A stretch of DNA of 64,000 nucleotides from Phormidesmis sp. GTDB lineage: Bacteria > Cyanobacteriota > Cyanobacteriia > Leptolyngbyales > Leptolyngbyaceae. Below the pieces are notes generated by a model, which was not told the DNA's origin, did no database searches, and saw nothing but the letters and a program-made list of their open reading frames with translations. How positions within the stretch are numbered: position 1 is the first letter of the stretch; each line of letters starts with the position of its first letter. Location: assembly GCA_965248535.1 (NCBI GenBank), contig CBDFJR010000002.1:1760001-1824000 (forward strand), given 5' to 3'. Positions 58,044-64,000 of the stretch are shown piece after piece. A program made the position numbers and the translations under genes.

Positions 58044-58191
58044 AAAAAATTCTCCTAACTGACCGTGCCTTCTGAGCCGCGATCGGGCCCATCGCAGGGA
58101 AACGACTCGATCGTGACTTTCGGGCACCTATTCAATTCTGTTGCTGACTGATGACGAACTGACTAGCCGTAGCGTAATGCACCATTGTTGA

Positions 58192-58230
58192 TTGCGTAAT
58201 GCGTTAAGGTTTGCCCAACCCATTACGCAA
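58192..58230. other. Intercistronic stem-loop between ccmL and ccmM
   Basis: TTGCGTAATG-N19-CATTACGCAA, perfect 10-bp inverted repeat. Confidence 0.6.
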
Positions 58231-58245
58231 CTCGTGGCCCGATCG

Positions 58246-58545
58246 CTAATATTGCGTTCCTTTGTTGTAGAGCGATCGGTTATCGACACTCACCGTGTCA
58301 ATAATGCCAATCACTGCCGCATCAACAGGGCGCTGTTCACTACCGGGAACCTGACGGGCAGCGCTGCCCCGACTAACCAGAACCCACTCATCGATCCCTG
58401 CTCCAACGTTGTCAGCCGCCACCTCATACTGGGGAAGCGGTTGCCCCGCGTCGTCTAAAAATTGCAAAAGCAGAAACTTCACGCCTCTTAGACTTGGCTC
58501 TTTTTGGGTGCTGACAACGGTGCCGCGAACTTTGGCAATTTGCAT
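58246..58545 (-). CDS. ccmL: Carboxysome vertex protein CcmL
   Basis: MQIAKVRGTVVSTQK, VAADNVGAG, GSAAR, PVDAAVIGIID. Confidence 0.97.
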   Translation of the reverse strand: MQIAKVRGTVVSTQKEPSLRGVKFLLLQFLDDAGQPLPQYEVAADNVGAGIDEWVLVSRGSAARQVPGSEQRPVDAAVIGIIDTVSVDNRSLYNKGTQY

Positions 58546-58551
58546 CAGGCG

Positions 58552-58893
58552 TTATGGACGGTTAAGCGGGCGAATGCCGCTGACGCTCTCACGGAATGGC
58601 TCGACTGCCTCGGTGTATCGAATCGGCAGCACATATTCCAGGTTTTCGTGAGGACGAGCAATGATATGAGTAGACAGCACTTGTCCACCGTTCACTCGCT
58701 TGACGTTTTCGATGCCAGCCGCAACTGATGCTTGGACTTCTGACACGTCGCCGCGCACGATCACCGTGACGCGACCGCTGCCGATTTTCTCGTAGCCCAC
58801 TAGGGTGACACGAGCGGCTTTCACCATCGCGTCTGCGGCTTCAACCACTGCGGGGAAACCCAGAGTTTCAATCATGCCAACTGCAATAGCCAT
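58552..58893 (-). CDS. ccmK1: Carboxysome shell protein CcmK1 (C-terminally extended)
   Basis: [32 protein letters not shown]; 113 aa with tail. Confidence 0.92.
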   Translation of the reverse strand: MAIAVGMIETLGFPAVVEAADAMVKAARVTLVGYEKIGSGRVTVIVRGDVSEVQASVAAGIENVKRVNGGQVLSTHIIARPHENLEYVLPIRYTEAVEPFRESVSGIRPLNRP

Positions 58894-58958
58894 CGTTAAA
58901 TTCTCCCTTCCAATCAGATTCTAAACACAACAGATTTTAGTTAATCAGCCCAGCGCTG

Positions 58959-59267
58959 TTAACTTCGGAACTGCTCAACCGCTTCGGTGTAGCGAATCGG
59001 CAGCACATATTCCAAGTTTCCGTCAGGGCGAGCGATGACGTGGGTAGATACCACTTCTCCGCCGTTGACCCGCTTGACAGACTCAAGCCCGGCTGCGATC
59101 GAGGCTTGCACCTCAGACACATCTCCGCGAATGATCACGGTCACGCGACCGCTCCCAATCTTTTCGTAGCCAACCAGGGTGACCCGAGCAGCTTTCACCA
59201 TTGCGTCTGCGGCTTCCACCACAGCCGGAAAACCTCGCGTCTCAATCATTCCCACAGCGATCGGCAT
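58959..59267 (-). CDS. ccmK2: Carboxysome shell protein CcmK2
   Basis: 102-aa BMC-H protein; first gene of the operon. Confidence 0.92.
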   Translation of the reverse strand: MPIAVGMIETRGFPAVVEAADAMVKAARVTLVGYEKIGSGRVTVIIRGDVSEVQASIAAGLESVKRVNGGEVVSTHVIARPDGNLEYVLPIRYTEAVEQFRS

Positions 59268-59789
59268 TCTTGATCTCCTGATAAGTGAAACTAATTACAC
59301 CAACCCTAAAAAATGTTGACGAGATAACCCATCTTGTCAAGCTTTATCAAGGCTTTTCAACTGTGCTCTCTATTTAGAATAGGGGGGTTGTTGACGCTTG
59401 ACAATATAACGCTTGATGATAGTTACAAATTTTAGACATAAGCTCAACTAATCTCTTATGCCGCGATTCCTCGTAGTCAGCACTGGCCCACGAGTGGATA
59501 GTGAAGATTGCCTTAAGATTTCGCCTTTAGAATCATAGACGTTTTTCAACGCTATTTATAGAAAACTTTCTTGTACATCAGTGACATTTATCCATAAAAG
59601 TTAGTTTTTCGATACCGTTGCCGCTCTCTCACGATCGCGTTGTACTTTTAAGGGCGTTAGGCGTTAAGCTGAAATTTACGGGGCAGATCGTTCTAATTTT
59701 TTAACAATCATCAAAATTGATGAAGTTCCCAACCGAGCAAGTTTGCTTGGGGGGTGTTTTTGGCAAGTTTTTGAGTGAAGGCAGGTTCG

Positions 59790-61649
59790 ATGCAGCAGTT
59801 TCTCATTGATACAAGTTGGTGGGTTCCTTGTTATGGGTTGCTGGGCGCGATCCTTTCTTTACCGTGGGCAACGGGGCTAATTCGGCGCACGGGGCCGAGA
59901 CCTGCCGCTTATTTCAATATTTTTACAACGGTTTTGGCTTGCATCCACGGCTGGGCGCTGTTTAGCGCTACTTGGGGGCAAGAGTCTCACGAGCTAGTCA
60001 TTCACTGGCTCAAAGCAGCAGACCTTGATTTGTCGATCGCCCTAGGCATCTCCTCGACCAGCGTTGGGGCTATGGAACTGATCACAGGCTTGAGTCTGCT
60101 GGCACAGGTTTTTGCCTTGGGCTACATGGAAAAAGACTGGGCATTAGCTCGATTTTTTGCCCTGATGGGGTTTTTTGAGGCCGCAATGAGCGGTTTAGCG
60201 CTGAGCGATTCGCTGTTTCTCACCTATGCGCTGCTAGAGATTTTAACTCTTTCAACCTATCTGTTAGTCGGGTTTTGGTATGCCCAGCCGCTAGTGGTGA
60301 CCGCCGCCCGCGATGCTTTTTTAACCAAGCGGGTGGGTGATGTGCTGCTGCTGATGGGGGTTGTGACCCTCTCGACTCTATCGGGCACTTTAAATTTTCC
60401 TGAGCTATATGACTGGGCAGAAACGGCCAACCTGTCTCCTACGGTGTCTAGCTTGCTGGGGATGGCCTTGATTGCGGGCCCGATCGGCAAGTGCGCCCAG
60501 TTTCCGCTGCACCTGTGGCTCGATGAAGCGATGGAGGGGCCCAATCCCGCGTCGATTTTGAGAAACTCGGTTGTTGTGGGCTGTGGTGCCTACGTGTTGA
60601 TTAAGCTCCAGCCGATTTTGGTTTTGTCTCCGGTGGCTTCGACTGCGCTGATCGTTCTGGGATCGATGACCGCGATCGGGGCTTCTCTGGTGGCGATCGC
60701 TCAGATCGATATCAAGCGCGCTTTAGCTCACTCCACGAGCGCTTATTTAGGGGTGGTATTCGTCGCCGTCGGTATGAACTGGTCAGGGTTTGCCCTAGCG
60801 CTGCTGTTTGCTCACGGGGTCGCGAAAGCCTTGTTGTTCATGAGCACAGGGTCAATTATTGCCACCACTAGCTGCCAAGATATTACTGAAATGGGGGGCT
60901 TGTGGTCACGGATGCCGGCCACGACGAGCGCTTTTTTAGTCGGCTCTGCGGGTCTGGTGGGAATCCTTCCTCTGGGCGGTTTTTGGGCCTTTCAAAGAGG
61001 GGTAGACGATTTTTGGTATGGCCAGCCGTGGCTGGTGGCCGTCATTCTTGTGGTGAATGCGCTGACGGTTTTTAACCTGACTCGGATCTACCGCTTAGTC
61101 TTTCTCGGTGGGCCAATGCCCAAGACGCGCCGCGCTCCAGAAGTGCCTTGGGCGATGGCAGTGCCGATGGTGACCCTGACAATCTTTACGCTCACGGTTC
61201 CCCTGATCATGCAAACACTGTCGGTGCTTCCTAGTTGGCGATATCTCAATTGGCAAGGCTCGCTGATGATCATCGGGTCGGGGTTAACTGGGCTAGTGGC
61301 TGGGTCGCTGGCGACGTTTAACCACAATTGGTCTAGACCCGTTCAAGCGCCGCTGCGGTTTATGCAAGATTTTTTGGCCTACGACTTATACGTCGATCGC
61401 TTCTACCGCTTTACGGTGGTCTTGGTCGTCAGCACCATTTCGCGATTTAGCGCCTGGTTTGACCAATACGTTGTGGATGGATTTGTCAACTTTGTAGGAT
61501 TGGCCTCTATTTTTAGCGGAGAAAGCCTGAAATATAGTATTTCGGGTCAGTCTCAAGCCTATATGCTGACCATTTTGCTGGGGGTGGGTCTGTTAGGAGT
61601 TGTGCTCACTTGGTCGATGTGGGAACCCGTTTTAAGGGTGTTCTTTTAG
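59790..61649 (+). CDS. ndhF4: NDH-1 CO2-uptake subunit NdhF4
   Basis: RRTGPRPAAY, GKCAQFPLHLWLDEAMEGP; F4 assigned from linkage to cupB. Likely ATG at 59790. Confidence 0.88.
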   Translation: MQQFLIDTSWWVPCYGLLGAILSLPWATGLIRRTGPRPAAYFNIFTTVLACIHGWALFSATWGQESHELVIHWLKAADLDLSIALGISSTSVGAMELITGLSLLAQVFALGYMEKDWALARFFALMGFFEAAMSGLALSDSLFLTYALLEILTLSTYLLVGFWYAQPLVVTAARDAFLTKRVGDVLLLMGVVTLSTLSGTLNFPELYDWAETANLSPTVSSLLGMALIAGPIGKCAQFPLHLWLDEAMEGPNPASILRNSVVVGCGAYVLIKLQPILVLSPVASTALIVLGSMTAIGASLVAIAQIDIKRALAHSTSAYLGVVFVAVGMNWSGFALALLFAHGVAKALLFMSTGSIIATTSCQDITEMGGLWSRMPATTSAFLVGSAGLVGILPLGGFWAFQRGVDDFWYGQPWLVAVILVVNALTVFNLTRIYRLVFLGGPMPKTRRAPEVPWAMAVPMVTLTIFTLTVPLIMQTLSVLPSWRYLNWQGSLMIIGSGLTGLVAGSLATFNHNWSRPVQAPLRFMQDFLAYDLYVDRFYRFTVVLVVSTISRFSAWFDQYVVDGFVNFVGLASIFSGESLKYSISGQSQAYMLTILLGVGLLGVVLTWSMWEPVLRVFF

Positions 61650-61710
61650 CCGAGCCTTCCCCTCAAACTCTAAGCTTCAGACCTCAAACGTTTATATCTT
61701 CAGTTGATCT

Positions 61711-63249
61711 ATGCTCAGTGCTTTAATTTGGATACCTGTGGTGGGAGCCTTGCTCATGGCGGTGTTGCCTGCCACGATCGCCGCCAGTCGAGTCCGTCAG
61801 GTGGCGATCGCGTTAAGCGCGATCGTGCTGGCGGTGACGATCGCGATCGCGACTCAGTTTGACACGCTGACTGTAGGAATGCAGTTTCAGGAGAACATTC
61901 CCTGGCTTGATTCGTTAGGGTTATCCTATCGCTTAGGCGTGGATGGGCTGTCGTTTCCGCTGCTGGCGCTGAGTAATTTCTTAACGCTGATTGCCATTTA
62001 CTGTAGCGATCCGCTCGTTCAGCGACCCAGGTTTTATTATGCGTTGATTCTCCTGTTAAATATGGGCGTTGCAGGCGCGTTTTTAGCTCAAAACCTCCTG
62101 TTGTTCTTCCTGTTCTATGAGCTTGAACTGATTCCGCTCTATCTGTTGATCGGCATTTGGGGCGGAGCGAGACGGGGATATGCCGCCACCAAGTTTTTGA
62201 TTTACACCGCGTTTTCGGGCGTTCTGATCTTGGCAGCGTTTTTAGGATTGACTTGGCTAGGGGGCGCGAGTTCCTTTGAGTTTGATCCCCGGTTGTCTCA
62301 GACGTTGCCGCTCACTACTCAACTGGTGTTGCTGGGCGCAATCTTGATCGGGTTTGGCATTAAGATTCCGCTATTCCCGCTGCATACCTGGTTGCCCGAT
62401 GCTCACGTTGAAGCCTCGACTCCCATTTCTGTGTTGCTAGCAGGGGTGTTGCTAAAGCTGGGAACCTACGGGTTAATTAGATTTGGGTTGCAGTTATTTC
62501 CTGAAGCGTGGGCAGTGTTAGCGCCTTGGCTGGCAACCTGGGCTGTGGTGAGTGTCTTGTTTGGGGCGTTTACAGCGATCGCCCAAACCGACATGAAAAA
62601 AATGGTTGCCTATAGCTCGATCGCCCACATGGGCTACATTCTGATGGCGGCGGCGGCGGCCACTCCCCTCAGTCTGCTGGCAACGGTTGTTCAAATGGTG
62701 AGTCACGGTCTGATCTCAGCTATGCTGTTTGCCCTAGTGGGCGTGGTTTATAAAAAAACCGGAACTCGCGACATCACGATTTTGCGAGGCTTGCTCAACC
62801 CAGAACGAGGGTTGCCCATCATCGGCAGCCTGATGGTGGTTGGCGTAATGGCCAGTGCCGGAATTCCCGGTATGGTTGGCTTTATTTCAGAGTTTCTGAT
62901 TTTTAGAGGCAGTTTTCCGGTGTTTCCCATCCAGACTCTGGTGTCGATGATCGGAACGGGACTGACGGCGGTTTATTTTTTGCTGCTGGTCAACCGGACT
63001 TTTTTTGGTCGCCTCCCAGAGCAGTTTGCTAATCTTCCGCGAGTGCCTTGGTCAGAGCGGGCCCCGGGCTTTGTGCTCGCCGTGCTGATCGTGATTTTAG
63101 GTCTGCAACCCAATTGGGTGGTGCGTTGGGCAGAGACGACCACGACGGCGATGCTGGTCGGTTTTCCGACCCTTGCTGCTAGTAGCGCCTTAGAATCTCC
63201 TCGTCCGGCTGACATTCTCGCGGGTGAGCAGCTCATCATTCACAACTAG
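61711..63249 (+). CDS. ndhD4: NDH-1 CO2-uptake subunit NdhD4
   Basis: LGVDGLS, PLHTWLPDAHVEA, LLKLGTYG, GLLNPERGLP; D4 assigned from linkage to cupB. Confidence 0.88.
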   Translation: MLSALIWIPVVGALLMAVLPATIAASRVRQVAIALSAIVLAVTIAIATQFDTLTVGMQFQENIPWLDSLGLSYRLGVDGLSFPLLALSNFLTLIAIYCSDPLVQRPRFYYALILLLNMGVAGAFLAQNLLLFFLFYELELIPLYLLIGIWGGARRGYAATKFLIYTAFSGVLILAAFLGLTWLGGASSFEFDPRLSQTLPLTTQLVLLGAILIGFGIKIPLFPLHTWLPDAHVEASTPISVLLAGVLLKLGTYGLIRFGLQLFPEAWAVLAPWLATWAVVSVLFGAFTAIAQTDMKKMVAYSSIAHMGYILMAAAAATPLSLLATVVQMVSHGLISAMLFALVGVVYKKTGTRDITILRGLLNPERGLPIIGSLMVVGVMASAGIPGMVGFISEFLIFRGSFPVFPIQTLVSMIGTGLTAVYFLLLVNRTFFGRLPEQFANLPRVPWSERAPGFVLAVLIVILGLQPNWVVRWAETTTTAMLVGFPTLAASSALESPRPADILAGEQLIIHN

Positions 63250-63280
63250 GTTCTGTCTTTTTTAACTTCATCAGACGCTT

Positions 63281-64000
63281 ATGGTTACCACTCCGCTCAA
63301 GCCCTCTAATCATCCGTTAGCTGACATTATCGATCGCTTAGAATCGGGCGGTGCGCTGCTGCCTGACTCTCCAGAGAATGTGATTGAAGTGGTTGGCGTG
63401 CTCAAAAGCTATGGGGTTGTGTTAGATGCCTACTGGCGCAATCTGATTTACATTTCAGAACACCAGTTTTTAGAGTTGTTTCCGTTTTTCAAATATTTCA
63501 ATGGCGATGTTTCAGTGAACAAGTTGCTAAAGCACTGGTGGCACGATCGCTTCAACTATGAGTTTGCCGAATATTGCATGAAGGCCATGTTTTGGCACGG
63601 CGGTGGCGGATTGGATACTTATCTTGATTCGTCAGAATTTTTAGACCTCGTGCAAACAGCGACCACTGCCAAGTTAAAAAATAATTTGCCCATGCGGGGA
63701 GTCGCGAGAGTCTTTCCTGAATTTTTACCCGAACAAGTGCGCCAGCTATGCTACTACAGTGGGCTGGGTCAGTTTTGGAAGATCATGAGCAAAATGTTTT
63801 TAGATCTGTCTGATTCTTACGACGAAGGCACCATTCAATCGATTCCTGAAGTGGTTGAGTTTATTAAAGCCGCGCTAGTGGCTGCCGCCAGTGAACCGAT
63901 TACCTACGCGGTGAAAATTGGCGATCGCTCCTATGATCTGATTCCTAAATCTGCTGGGTTGACGTTTTTGATGGATACGGGAATTCCTTATATCGATGCG
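63281..64000 (+). CDS. cupB: CO2 hydration protein CupB (ChpX), 5' part, truncated by the window end
   Basis: Manual translation MVTTPLKPSNHPLADIIDRLESGGALLPDSPENVIEVVGVLKSYGVVLDAY..HDRFNYEFAEYCM; EVVG.LKSYGVVLDAY distinguishes CupB from CupA. Confidence 0.9.
   Translation, partial: MVTTPLKPSNHPLADIIDRLESGGALLPDSPENVIEVVGVLKSYGVVLDAYWRNLIYISEHQFLELFPFFKYFNGDVSVNKLLKHWWHDRFNYEFAEYCMKAMFWHGGGGLDTYLDSSEFLDLVQTATTAKLKNNLPMRGVARVFPEFLPEQVRQLCYYSGLGQFWKIMSKMFLDLSDSYDEGTIQSIPEVVEFIKAALVAAASEPITYAVKIGDRSYDLIPKSAGLTFLMDTGIPYIDA

Larger units (their letters stand above)
1..64000. repeat. HIP1 octamer GCGATCGC dispersed throughout
   Basis: Dozens of copies, e.g. 370-377 and nested GCGATCGCGATCG runs; a cyanobacterial hallmark. 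Confidence 0.95.

Noticed and set aside
58044..58127. 28-aa N-terminal extension of CcmM in the ORF track
   Set aside because: The conserved start MAVRS with an AGGAG Shine-Dalgarno is at 58043.
59790..64000. Assignment as the inducible ndhF3-ndhD3-cupA system
   Set aside because: The third gene has the CupB-type N-terminal signature, not CupA's MQIIG.YKAYA motif.

Overview
Cyanobacterial chromosomal window: HIP1 octamer GCGATCGC is very frequent, and ccmKKLMNO, ndhF4/ndhD4/cupB, psb30 and psbY are present. The left half (about 3.5-29 kb) is one large envelope/polysaccharide and signalling locus. It holds an MprF-like DUF2156 protein and an esterase, a coiled-coil protein, a membrane protein with a longin/roadblock-like cytoplasmic domain and BON/OmpA periplasmic domains, a Rab-like small GTPase, a hybrid kinase, a beta-barrel, an esterase-DUF3131 fusion, a tandem DUF3131 protein, a PilZ-less cellulose-synthase-like GT2, a complete partner switch (STAS, REC-PP2C, anti-sigma) and a second large hybrid kinase. 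The right half is mostly housekeeping. It also contains a 520-bp non-autonomous IS200/IS605 derivative that seems to keep a promoter, BoxA and omegaRNA, a ubiquitin-like (C-terminal GG) gene paired with a giant DUF4132-type gene, a recR with no canonical start codon and a frameshifted ccmN. No rRNA, tRNA or CRISPR array was seen. All domain calls come from motif recognition by eye, not from database searches.
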